A stretch of 64,000 nt of DNA, taken from the NCBI GenBank assembly GCA_022791455.1, contig JAAVZC010000014.1, positions 209,119 through 273,118 on the forward strand, read 5' to 3'. Within the stretch, counting starts at the first letter, position 1, and each line of letters begins with the position of its first letter. The translations under genes were made by a program, and so were the position numbers. Shown here one piece after another: positions 27,413 to 36,663 of the stretch. This DNA comes from Eggerthellaceae bacterium (GTDB lineage Bacteria; Actinomycetota; Coriobacteriia; Coriobacteriales; Eggerthellaceae). The notes under the pieces were generated by a model. It was not told the origin of the DNA, did no database searches, and was given only the letters and a program-made list of their open reading frames with translations.

Positions 27413-27468
27413 CCAGAAAAGAGAAGCGCGGGCCGAGAGGGGTTCGGCCCGCGCTTTAGGTTCCGTGG
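27413..27468 (+). repeat. 56-bp direct repeat (right)
   Basis: See 25962-26017. Confidence 0.92.
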
Positions 27469-27758
27469 ACACCCAGGGGGTGGTGCCCGAGAACGAAGAG
27501 AGGAGGAGAGAGAGAGAACGGACACCGCGGGGGGATGCGGTGGAGGAGCTCCGTTCCTCTTTACGAGATTCATTATAGCGACGCATTATCCTCTGTCAAG
27601 GATAATTACTGACTTTTTTCCGACTAATGCGAACGGGGGCCTACAGGCCGGTCGTGACGGCGCACCTGGACGGAATGCCCTGCATGGGCGAGCAGCGCCT
27701 AAGCGCATATAATTGACGGGCACGCACCACTTAAGAACCATGTCGAAAGAAGGAGCCC

Positions 27759-28277
27759 GTGGCCAATACGCCCCAACATATTATTGCGAAGCGGCTGGTG
27801 AGCGCCTTGGCGCTGGTGGTGTGGGCCTGCTTCATCTTTGGGTTTTCCGGACAGAACGGCGGGGAGTCTGGCGGCCTGAGCGCGCGAGTGGCAGAGACGC
27901 TCGTGAGCTTCGGCGACCTGCTGACCGGCGTCTCTACCACCGGCGCGGCGCTGGATGCCGCCGTGGAAGCGCTGCAATTTCCCATTCGCAAAGCCGCCCA
28001 CATGACCGAATACGCCATCCTAGCCGTGCTGGCGCTGGTGCAACTGCGCCTATGGCCCGCCTTCAATGGCAACGAATCGCAGCTGCGGCGCGCTGTCGGC
28101 CTCGCATGGGGCTTCGCTGTGCTCTACGCCGCCACCGACGAGATCCACCAGCTATTCGTCCCCGGCCGCGCCGGCCTGTTCACCGACGTGATGATCGACG
28201 CCACCGGAGCCGCCCTCGGCCTGCTGTTGGCCGCCACCATCATCGTCTTGCGCACGCAGCGGAAACGCACCCCATAA
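27759..28277 (+). CDS. VanZ-family membrane protein
   Basis: IFGFSGQ; IRKAAHMTEYAILA; YAATDEIHQLFVPGR...DVMIDATG. Confidence 0.9.
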   Translation: MANTPQHIIAKRLVSALALVVWACFIFGFSGQNGGESGGLSARVAETLVSFGDLLTGVSTTGAALDAAVEALQFPIRKAAHMTEYAILAVLALVQLRLWPAFNGNESQLRRAVGLAWGFAVLYAATDEIHQLFVPGRAGLFTDVMIDATGAALGLLLAATIIVLRTQRKRTP

Positions 28278-28488
28278 AAGGGAAGGAGCCCCGAGAGGCT
28301 CCTTCTTGTCGCAGTTGCTTTTGCCAGGCGCGTTTTGCCTTGGTGCGGTTGTACTTCGCTTCGCCGTGCACGCCGTGGCCGCAGGCGAAGCCGTTGTAGC
28401 GCGGGTTCTGTGCCAGCGTGGCCTCGTCGGCCGACTGCCGCCACACCGCACCACTTTTCGGCACCGCACGCTTGTGCTTCTTGGACAT
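28240..28488 (-). CDS. Small basic protein (82 aa), candidate alternative ribosome rescue factor
   Basis: MSKKHKRAVPK...GHGVHGEAKYNRTKAKRAWQKQ; GGAGG RBS; TGcTACAAT extended -10 upstream; terminator inside the ORF. Confidence 0.7.
   Translation of the reverse strand: MSKKHKRAVPKSGAVWRQSADEATLAQNPRYNGFACGHGVHGEAKYNRTKAKRAWQKQLRQEGASRGSFPFMGCVSAACARR
28274..28305. terminator. Hairpin terminator downstream of vanZ-like gene and inside the small basic ORF
   Basis: GAAGGAGCC-CCGAGA-GGCTCCTTC; CCTTTTAT follows on the minus strand. Confidence 0.75.
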
Positions 28489-28543
28489 CCTCTCACCTCC
28501 TTCAATAACCGGGAATGCAAGAGCGCCATTGTAGCAGAACGCA

Positions 28544-29413
28544 CTACCCCCTTGCGCAGAGGGCGAGGCCCTGCAGCGTGAGGGCGGGATGCACGCGAGG
28601 ATGGCAAGCAAGATGCTCGGCCAGTTGCTGGGCGTTTTTGCCGGTGATAAGAACGGGAATAGACTCGGGCGCCTCTGCCGCCGATTCGCCGGACGCAGGC
28701 TCCACCGGACCGGCTCCCTTTCCGCCAGCCATCTCCGCCGCAAGCTCGGCACGGGCCATGGCAACCAAGCCGTCGATGCGGGCCACTTCGCCCCAGAACA
28801 CGCCAGACGCGATGGCCTCCTGGGTGGTCTTGCCCACCACCTGCCGCGGCGCCCCCGCCTCCACTTCCGGAAGCCGCGCCGCCACGTGAGAGAGCGTGCC
28901 CACCGAAGCCTCGAAGCCAGGTGCAATCATGCCACCCGCCAGCGCCCCCTTCGCATCCACCACGGTAATGGCCGTGGCTGCTTCCAGGTGTACCACGATA
29001 CACGGCGCGCCCGCCAGCTCGCGCGCCGCCAGCGCATCCGCGACCCGGTCGGCCCCCACTTCCGCGGGGTTCTTGCAGGCAATGGCCATGCCGGTCTTCA
29101 GCCGCGGCCCCATCACCAACACGCGCCCTCCGGTTTCCGCCGCCAGTGCTTCGCACCACACATCGGTAAGTGCCGGCACCACGCTTCCCAGCACCACGGA
29201 GGGAGCCGCCACAGAAAAGCCCATATCGCCCCCGCCCCACTGTGGTGCGAACGCCGCCAGGCCGCTGCGCAGCTGCATTCGCGCTTCGTCCGCCGTCAGG
29301 TGTTCCGGCGTGCTCGTTTGCCAGGAAGCCGCCAGCTCCCCATTCTCGAACAGCCCGAATTCCGTCACGGCGTTTTCCACCATCACCGTCAGCACCATCG
29401 TCGCTTGCGCCAT
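28544..29413 (-). CDS. Type III pantothenate kinase (CoaX)-like protein lacking ATP-binding motifs
   Basis: NPAEVGADR, GGMIAPG, VVGKTTQEAIASG retained; DxGNT reads MVENA and DFGTAT reads HLEAAT. Confidence 0.8.
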   Translation of the reverse strand: MAQATMVLTVMVENAVTEFGLFENGELAASWQTSTPEHLTADEARMQLRSGLAAFAPQWGGGDMGFSVAAPSVVLGSVVPALTDVWCEALAAETGGRVLVMGPRLKTGMAIACKNPAEVGADRVADALAARELAGAPCIVVHLEAATAITVVDAKGALAGGMIAPGFEASVGTLSHVAARLPEVEAGAPRQVVGKTTQEAIASGVFWGEVARIDGLVAMARAELAAEMAGGKGAGPVEPASGESAAEAPESIPVLITGKNAQQLAEHLACHPRVHPALTLQGLALCARG

Positions 29414-29488
29414 CAGTCCTCCTTTTCCGATTGGGTTATAGTAGCCCAATCGGATTGTTCGCGCGCCCACGGAAAGGACCCGTGCCTC

Positions 29489-29866
29489 ATGCTGTTCAAT
29501 TGCCTGTCCGTCGGTTGCGGCGGATTCATTGGCGCGGTACTGCGCTACTTATGCAGCCTCATCAAAATCCCTGTCGCCGATTTTCCCCTCATCACCCTAG
29601 GCATCAACATTGTCGGTAGCTTCGCCATCCTATTTCTGACCGGGCTTTTCGCAAAGTCGATGCCGCTCGACAGCCACCTTCTGCTCTTCTTACGCGTCGG
29701 GCTGTGCGGCGGCTTCACCACGTTTTCCACCTTTAGCGCCGAAACGCTGGGGCTTATCCAGCGGGGCAACCTGCTGGCCGCCTTCTTGTACGCCGCCCTC
29801 AGCTGCATCCTGTGCGTTGGCGCGGCGCTGCTGGGAGAAATTTCCGCCTCAGCTGTTGCGGGGTAG
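29489..29866 (+). CDS. crcB: Fluoride channel CrcB/FluC
   Basis: GGFIGAVLRY, NIVGSF, GLCGGFTTFSTF signature; 125 aa. Confidence 0.93.
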   Translation: MLFNCLSVGCGGFIGAVLRYLCSLIKIPVADFPLITLGINIVGSFAILFLTGLFAKSMPLDSHLLLFLRVGLCGGFTTFSTFSAETLGLIQRGNLLAAFLYAALSCILCVGAALLGEISASAVAG

Positions 29867-29885
29867 CCTCTTCTGCGCCCCTCCC

Positions 29886-31571
29886 CTATGCCGCGAACAC
29901 GGCAAGCATTGCCAGCACGACGCCCACGATGGATTCGCCCCCCAGCACGCCGGAGGCCACGATCAGGCCGCTTTCCTGCGCCTCCACTGTGCGGCGCTCG
30001 CGCTCTTCGGGCGACAGGTTGCGCATGCGCCGCTTCTGGACGGCGTCGTAGGCCACCTTCACCATGGCGCCCAGGAAGCCGCTGAAGGACATGTAGAAGG
30101 GCAGGTAGACGCCCAGGCCGATCATCATGGCAGGCAGTCCCACCCACTGCAGCGCCATGCCAGCAACAATGCCGATGACGAATGCAGGCACGCTGGGCAC
30201 GCCGGTAACCATAGTGGCCACCACGCTGGCCTGCGCTGCCACGAACTCCTTGCCCACGCCGAACGCATCGGGACCGTAGGCGCCCAACAGCAACACCACA
30301 ACGCCCACAGCCACGAAACTGCCCACCACCGCGCCAATGGCCTGGCCGGTCATCTGCGCCGCGGGGCTCGTGCCCAGCACATGGCCCGCCTTGAAGTCGT
30401 TCATCACGTCGCCCGCCAGCCCGCAAGCCACCGCCACGGACGCCGCAATAAGGAACAGGGCAGCCTGCGCCGTGCCAGAGAACGCCGCCACCAGCAAGAG
30501 CACGATGAGTCCAAAGATCTCCATAGGGTCGATGCCGGTCTGCCCCACGCTCTGGGCGCTCATGGCAGTGGTGACGAAGGTGAGCACCACCACCGCAACG
30601 CTCACCAGCGGCGACACTCCCAGCCCCAAGCAAAGCGCCAAAGCAGCCGCAGCCACCAACAACGCCGCAAGCCCAGCAAGGGAGCGGGAAGATCCTTCGC
30701 TGCGCTCAGGATGACGAGGTTGGTAATCGCTCTCATTCTCCTTCTTCGCCATAGCACGACGCAGGGCGCGCATGCCGCTGGGGAGGATGTTTTTGCAGAT
30801 GACGGTGAAGCCGCAGCCCATCATGAGGCCCATCCCCAGGCTGGACACAATACCGCCGGCCGCTTCCACGCTCCAGAGCCCCGCGGCAGTTCCACCTACC
30901 ACCAGGCCAAAGTTCGCGAACACCGCACCGGCGAACCATGCCACCACAGCACCCGTGCCCACCAGAAAGCCCACCGCCAGCATCATGGGCGAGTTGTAGA
31001 TGCCGAACGCCACACCGGGAATGCTCACATTCCCGAAAAAGATAGCGGGTATGCCAGGCACCAGGTTCTTCGCCGCCGTATACAGCCCAGCCAGCCCCAT
31101 GGTGCCGAACAGCTTCTTCCCCACTTTGCCGCCAGCCGACCCAGCCTTCAGTGTCTGCGCCGCCGCCGTGCCCATGGGAAATTCCAGCCGCGCCTCCTCG
31201 ATAAAGTATCGACGCAAAAGGCCCGTGCACACCAATCCCAGCGCCACGCCCCCCAGCGTCACCACCAGAATTTCCGGCACAGAAATCTCGTCCGCCAACC
31301 CCAGCATCCACGCGCCAGGAATGGTGAACGCCAGGCCGCCGGCCACCATGGCGCCGGAGGACATGATAGTGTGGGTGACGTTGGCCTCGTTGAGCGAGCG
31401 GCTGCCCAGCGCCCGCAGGAAGAACAGCGAGATGATGGCCGCGAAAATTATGGGCCAGGGAAGAGCGCCCAGCTTGAGCGCCGTGTACACCGACGATGCG
31501 GTGATGATGGCGCAGCCCACCAAACCAATGATGCAGCCGCGCGGGGTCAGTTGCCCCTTGAGCGAATCCAT
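29886..31571 (-). CDS. OPT/YSL-family oligopeptide transporter
   Basis: YTALKLG, AGGLAFTIPG, GDVMNDFKAG, ASGVLGGES motifs; many TM helices. Confidence 0.88.
   Translation of the reverse strand: MDSLKGQLTPRGCIIGLVGCAIITASSVYTALKLGALPWPIIFAAIISLFFLRALGSRSLNEANVTHTIMSSGAMVAGGLAFTIPGAWMLGLADEISVPEILVVTLGGVALGLVCTGLLRRYFIEEARLEFPMGTAAAQTLKAGSAGGKVGKKLFGTMGLAGLYTAAKNLVPGIPAIFFGNVSIPGVAFGIYNSPMMLAVGFLVGTGAVVAWFAGAVFANFGLVVGGTAAGLWSVEAAGGIVSSLGMGLMMGCGFTVICKNILPSGMRALRRAMAKKENESDYQPRHPERSEGSSRSLAGLAALLVAAAALALCLGLGVSPLVSVAVVVLTFVTTAMSAQSVGQTGIDPMEIFGLIVLLLVAAFSGTAQAALFLIAASVAVACGLAGDVMNDFKAGHVLGTSPAAQMTGQAIGAVVGSFVAVGVVVLLLGAYGPDAFGVGKEFVAAQASVVATMVTGVPSVPAFVIGIVAGMALQWVGLPAMMIGLGVYLPFYMSFSGFLGAMVKVAYDAVQKRRMRNLSPEERERRTVEAQESGLIVASGVLGGESIVGVVLAMLAVFAA
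30690..30715. repeat. Family B REP inside the OPT coding sequence
   Basis: AGATCCTTCGCTGCGCTCAGGATGAC, translated on the minus strand as (R)HPERSEGS. Confidence 0.88.
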
Positions 31572-31778
31572 ATGAGTCTCCTTGCCTATGCCCGCTCCCC
31601 CTTGTGCCCCGCAGGGCGAGAAGTCGGGCTACGCCTTAAAGATGCTAAAAGTGTAAGGGAGCGACATGCGCCTGAGCAGCGAAACCCGTCTCGCGCTCGC
31701 CAACGGCCACGTCCCCTCGGCGCACAATAATGATGCCTTGGCTGGAGCGGGCCGGTCCGAGCAATTCCGCCGTGCAAA

Positions 31779-31993
31779 ATGGCAACAAACGCACGATGCG
31801 TAACACCTCGTCCCAAGGAAGCGGGTAAACCGACCGCGAAATGGCAACAAATACATGAAATGCAACAGCGAGACTCTGAGAAGCGCCTGTCTGCGCCGCA
31901 ACCTCGTTACATTTCGTGCATTTGTTGCCATAAGCCGCCTTTAAGACGAGGTGCTGCGAGGCTATCGGTTACATATCATGTATTTGTCGCCAC
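31779..31993. repeat. Four 26-bp units, two direct plus two inverted (family E)
   Basis: Approximate consensus ATGGCAACAAAYRCAYGAWRYGYAAC at 31779 and 31841 (+), 31906 and 31968 (-); 62-bp period within each pair. Confidence 0.85.
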
Positions 31994-32036
31994 AAACAGT
32001 GCCCGAAAGCACCTCGCTCACCCCACATTCAAACTC

Positions 32037-33317
32037 CTACACTGCGGCCAGGGCTTGGTCCAGGTCGGCGATGAGGTCTTCGGCCGCTTCGATGCCGCAG
32101 GAGAGGCGGATGAGGTCGGGGCCAATGCCCGCCGCCGCCAGCTCTTCGTCGTTCATCTGCCGGTGCGTGGCGTTGGCCGGGTGAAGCACGCAGGTGCGCG
32201 CATCGGCCACGTGGGTGGCAATCTGGCCCAGCTTCAAGTTCGCCATCAGGGTCTCGGCCGCCGCACGACCGCCCGCAACGCCGAAGCTCACCACGCCGCA
32301 GCTCCCGTCGGGCAAGTACTTCTCTGCCAGCTCGAATTCCGCATCGCCCTCAAGCGAGGGGTGCCGCACCCAGGCCACCTTCGGGTGCGCCGCCAGCCAT
32401 TCGGCCACGCGACGGCCGTTTTCCGCATGGCGCGCCATGCGCAGATGGAGGCTCTCCAGCCCCAAGTTGATCAAAAACGCGTTCTGCGGCGACTGAATGG
32501 AGCCCAGGTCGCGCATCAGCTGTGCGGTGGCCTTCGTGATAAACGCCCCCTCAAGCCCGAAGCGCTCGGTGTACACCACGCCGTGGTAGCTCTCGTCCGG
32601 CTGGCACAGGCCCGGGAACTTCTCCGGATACGCCGTCCAGTCGAACTTGCCGCCGTCCACAATCACGCCGCCCACGCTGGCGGCGTGGCCGTCCATGTAC
32701 TTGGTGGTGGAGTGGGTCACAATGTCGGCGCCCCACTCGATGGGCCGGCACAGCACCGGCGTGGGGAAGGTGTTGTCCACAATCAGCGGCACGCCGTGGG
32801 CATGGGCCGCGGCGGCGAAACGTTCGATGTCCAGCACCGCCAGCGCCGGGTTCGCGATAGTCTCACCGAACACGCACTTGGTGTTGGGACGGAAAGCGGC
32901 CGCCAGCTCTTCGTCGGTGCAATGGGGGTCCACAAACGTGCACTCCAGCCCCATGCGCCCCATGGTATGGGCCAACAGGTTGTACGTGCCGCCGTAAATG
33001 GCCGACGACGCCACCACATGGTCGCCCGCGCCCGCAATGTTGAACACGGCGAAGAAATTCGCCGCCTGCCCCGAGGAGGTAAGCATGGCCGCCGTGCCTC
33101 CTTCCAACTCGGCGATCTTCGCCGCCACGGCATCGTTGGTAGGGTTCGCCAGGCGGGTGTAGAAATAGCCAGATTCCTCCAGGTCGAACAGGCGCCCCAT
33201 GTGCTCGGAGGTGTCGTACTTCCAGGTGGTGTTCTGGTATATGGGAATCTGTCGCGGGTCGCCATCGGCCGGGCGATAGCCCCCCTGCACGCAAATAGTG
33301 TCAAGAGACTGAGTCAT
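32037..33317 (-). CDS. metY: O-acetylhomoserine aminocarboxypropyltransferase (sulfhydrylase)
   Basis: FYTRLANPT, GETIANP, IVDNTF, HSTTKYMDGH PLP site, LIRLSCGIE. Confidence 0.92.
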   Translation of the reverse strand: MTQSLDTICVQGGYRPADGDPRQIPIYQNTTWKYDTSEHMGRLFDLEESGYFYTRLANPTNDAVAAKIAELEGGTAAMLTSSGQAANFFAVFNIAGAGDHVVASSAIYGGTYNLLAHTMGRMGLECTFVDPHCTDEELAAAFRPNTKCVFGETIANPALAVLDIERFAAAAHAHGVPLIVDNTFPTPVLCRPIEWGADIVTHSTTKYMDGHAASVGGVIVDGGKFDWTAYPEKFPGLCQPDESYHGVVYTERFGLEGAFITKATAQLMRDLGSIQSPQNAFLINLGLESLHLRMARHAENGRRVAEWLAAHPKVAWVRHPSLEGDAEFELAEKYLPDGSCGVVSFGVAGGRAAAETLMANLKLGQIATHVADARTCVLHPANATHRQMNDEELAAAGIGPDLIRLSCGIEAAEDLIADLDQALAAV

Positions 33318-33731
33318 GGTAGGTCCTTTCATGGGCAAGCAGGGGCGCAGCCGCTCTTTTCGCCAAAGTCAACCTACCAGCTCGGTCGGGGGAGGGGGAC
33401 CGCGCGCAGTTCCGCACGACGCGAAAGTGCCAGTGGCACTTTCGCCAAAGCAGGACTGTTTGAGCACGGCGCCCCCTCCCCCGGTCGAGCCTACAGGCAG
33501 ACGCTCATTGGCGAAAAGAGCAGCCAGGCCGCCCTGCATCTCAAACGGTGTAAGGTCGCCAGCTATTCTAGCGGCGCACTTCCCTTCTCTGCTTTCGAAA
33601 TCGGCCGCCGTGCGTCACGTATTCGCAATAACCAGTTACCCGATAATCGGATAACCCGAACGCCGAGCGCCCCTCCCCTGCCGCGCCGCCTTTCGCTATA
33701 GTCTTCTCAAACATGCTAGAAAGGACGTACT

Positions 33732-34655
33732 ATGCCCATTCGCATCCCCGACTCGCTGCCCGCCACCGCGGCGCTGGAAGCGGAGAACATATTCGTCATG
33801 ACGGAATATCGCGCCATGCACCAGGACATTCGTCCACTGCGCGTGCTGCTGCTGAACCTCATGCCCACCAAAATCACCACCGAGACGCAAATTCTGCGCA
33901 AGCTCTCCAACACGCCGTTGCAGATTGAGGTGGAGCTGCTGCAAACCGCCTCCCACGAGGCGAAAAACGTGGCCACCGAGCACTTGGAGTCGTTCTACAC
34001 CACCTTCCGCGAAATCCGCGACCAGCACTTCGACGGACTCATCATCACGGGCGCGCCGGTGGAGCTGCTGGATTTCGAATCGGTTGATTACTGGGACGAA
34101 CTGTGCGAAATCATGGCCTGGTCGCTCACGCATGTGCACTCTACGCTGCACATTTGCTGGGGAGCGCAGGCGGGCATCTACTTCCACTACGGCATCGCGA
34201 AGCACGAGCTGCCGGCCAAGATGTTCGGCGTGTTCGAGCACGAGGTGCTGAAGCCCTACTCACCGCTCATGCGCGGCTTCGACGACGGCTTCCACGCGCC
34301 CCACTCCCGCTACACCGCCGTGCGCCGGGAGGACATCGAGGCGCATCCGCAGCTGGAGGTGGTGGCGGACTCGCCGGAAGCGGGCGTCTACATTGCGAAG
34401 AGTGTGGACAGCCGGCACTTCTTCGTGTTCGGCCACCCGGAATACGACCGCGAAACCCTGAAAGCGGAATACGACCGCGACATCGCGCGCGGCCTGGACA
34501 TGGCGCTGCCGGCCCACTACTACCCCGACGACGACCCCACCCAGCAGCCGGTTGCCAACTGGCGCGCCCACGCCCAGCTGCTCTACACCAACTGGCTGAA
34601 CTACTACGTCTACCAAACCACCCCCTACAACGTGGAAGAAGCGGGGCGGAAGTAG
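33732..34655 (+). CDS. metA: Homoserine O-acetyltransferase, MetA family
   Basis: LNLMP, ITGAPVE (Glu at the specificity position indicates acetyl), ICWGAQA, PHSR, GHPEY. Confidence 0.95.
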   Translation: MPIRIPDSLPATAALEAENIFVMTEYRAMHQDIRPLRVLLLNLMPTKITTETQILRKLSNTPLQIEVELLQTASHEAKNVATEHLESFYTTFREIRDQHFDGLIITGAPVELLDFESVDYWDELCEIMAWSLTHVHSTLHICWGAQAGIYFHYGIAKHELPAKMFGVFEHEVLKPYSPLMRGFDDGFHAPHSRYTAVRREDIEAHPQLEVVADSPEAGVYIAKSVDSRHFFVFGHPEYDRETLKAEYDRDIARGLDMALPAHYYPDDDPTQQPVANWRAHAQLLYTNWLNYYVYQTTPYNVEEAGRK

Positions 34656-34695
34656 CAGCCCTTGCGGGTGCCGGTCATGTTATCATGCTCGGTCT

Positions 34696-35745
34696 ATGGC
34701 TTCGCGCATGTCACATATCGGCTTTTCCTCGGCGCCCCTTTGGGTGCTGAAGTTGTCGTTGCTGGTGGCGGCTGGCATCTGGGGACTGGGGACCGTGGTC
34801 ATTAAGTCCACCGTCGACGAGGTGCCTCCCAGCTGGATTGTGGGTTTGCGGTTCTTCGGCGCCGGCCTGTTGCTGGGGCTGGTTTCGCTGCCGAAGATGA
34901 CGGCCGCCTTGCGCCGCGCGCCGCGACTGCACCTGGGGCGCGGCTTCATCCTGGGGCTGTTCCTGTTCGGCTCCTACTGGCTGAATTCCACCGGCCTCAC
35001 CGACACCACCGCTTCGAACAGCTCGTTTCTCACTACGCTGTATGTGGTGATGATTCCCCTGCTCAGCTGGGCGATTCTGCGGAAGCGGCCCAGCCGCTAC
35101 AGCCTGGTGGCGGCGCTGCTGTGCCTGGTGGGCGTGGGCGCTATCGCCTATGGCGGCGCGGGCGAGTTCTCGCTGCGCTTCGGCGACCTCATCACCATCG
35201 GCTCGGCGCTGTTCATCAGCTTCCACGTGCTGTACACCTCGAAATATGCGCCGGGCGCTTCCATGACCGTGCTCACCGTGGTGCAATTTCTAGTGGCGGG
35301 CGTGCTTGGCATGGTCGCGGGGATCGTCGACGGACTTGCCACCGGCAACCCGCTGGACTTCGGCCACCTGAGCCCGAACGCCTGGATCAGCATCGCTTAC
35401 CTGACCGTGTTCGCCTCCTGCATCGCGCTGGGGCTGCAAAACGCTGCCGTGGCGAAGGTGGATCCGGCCCAAGCCTCGCTGTTTCTGGCCACAGAATGCC
35501 TGTTCGGCGTGCTGTTCTCCATCCTGCTGCTGGGCGAGTCCATCACCGCCACCGCCGCCGCTGGCTTCGCGCTCATCTTCATCGGCATCGTGGTAAGCGA
35601 ATACCTGCCCCTGCGCGCCGCGAAAAGGGCCACCGAGGCCGAGGTCCACGCTGATGCCGCAGAGGGCAATAACACCCGCGCCCTTTCCGTAGACTGCGAA
35701 ACCACCGCCGAAGCCATGGAAGGCTCCGACGCCTTCATGCGCTAA
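34696..35745 (+). CDS. DMT/EamA-family transporter
   Basis: Two EamA repeats; WGLG, LRF, GLTDTTASNSSFL. Confidence 0.9.
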   Translation: MASRMSHIGFSSAPLWVLKLSLLVAAGIWGLGTVVIKSTVDEVPPSWIVGLRFFGAGLLLGLVSLPKMTAALRRAPRLHLGRGFILGLFLFGSYWLNSTGLTDTTASNSSFLTTLYVVMIPLLSWAILRKRPSRYSLVAALLCLVGVGAIAYGGAGEFSLRFGDLITIGSALFISFHVLYTSKYAPGASMTVLTVVQFLVAGVLGMVAGIVDGLATGNPLDFGHLSPNAWISIAYLTVFASCIALGLQNAAVAKVDPAQASLFLATECLFGVLFSILLLGESITATAAAGFALIFIGIVVSEYLPLRAAKRATEAEVHADAAEGNNTRALSVDCETTAEAMEGSDAFMR

Positions 35746-35779
35746 GCCGGGCTGCACTCCACGTCCCTTCCCCAAACGC

Positions 35780-35809
35780 AAAAGAACCCGCCACGAAGGG
35801 CGGGTTCTT
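35780..35809. terminator. Bidirectional terminator
   Basis: AAAAGAACCCGCC-ACGAA-GGGCGGGTTCTT between convergent genes. Confidence 0.8.
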
Positions 35810-35832
35810 GGTTGCTGGAAGCAGGTTCCGGT

Positions 35833-36225
35833 TTAGCGCTTGCTGAACTGCGGGCGCTTGCGGGCCTTCTTCAGACCGTACTTCTTGCGCTCCACCATGC
35901 GGGCGTCGCGGGTCAGGAAGCCGGCCTTCTTCAGCTCGGCGCGATAGTCGCCAGCGGAAAGCAGCGCGCGGGAGATGCCCAGACGCAGAGCGCCGGACTG
36001 GCCCGAGATGCCGCCACCGTGAATGTTGGCGATCACGTCGAAGTGGTCGACAGTGTCGGTCACCTTGAACGGCACGAGCGCGTTCTTCAGCAGCTGCTCG
36101 CGGCCGAAGTACTCGGCGCCTTCGCGGCCGTTGACGGTAACCTTACCGGTGCCGGGAACCAAGCGCACGCGGGCGATGGCGTTCTTGCGGCGGCCGGTGC
36201 CGTAATACAGAGCTTCGTTCGCCAT
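35833..36225 (-). CDS. rpsI: 30S ribosomal protein S9
   Basis: [13 protein letters not shown]...[19 protein letters not shown]. Confidence 0.99.
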   Translation of the reverse strand: MANEALYYGTGRRKNAIARVRLVPGTGKVTVNGREGAEYFGREQLLKNALVPFKVTDTVDHFDVIANIHGGGISGQSGALRLGISRALLSAGDYRAELKKAGFLTRDARMVERKKYGLKKARKRPQFSKR

Positions 36226-36228
36226 GGT

Positions 36229-36663
<435 letters not shown>

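Noticed and set aside
27470-27580. T-box-like GGGTGGTGCCCG and CACCGCG with a hairpin upstream of the vanZ-like gene
   Set aside because: Only a partial match, no specifier stem, and the downstream gene is unrelated to amino-acid metabolism.
29414-29488. Fluoride riboswitch upstream of crcB
   Set aside because: No GGCGATGG..GTTCGCC core or matching pseudoknot; the gap is only 75 bp.
31779-31993. CRISPR array
   Set aside because: Only four degenerate units, orientation flips, and no cas genes or leader in the window.
33320-33700. SAM-I/SAM-IV or T-box element for metY/metA
   Set aside because: Hallmark motifs (UUAUC...GAUAA, GCAACC, GGUGGNACCGCG) were not found; the structure is reported as unknown instead.
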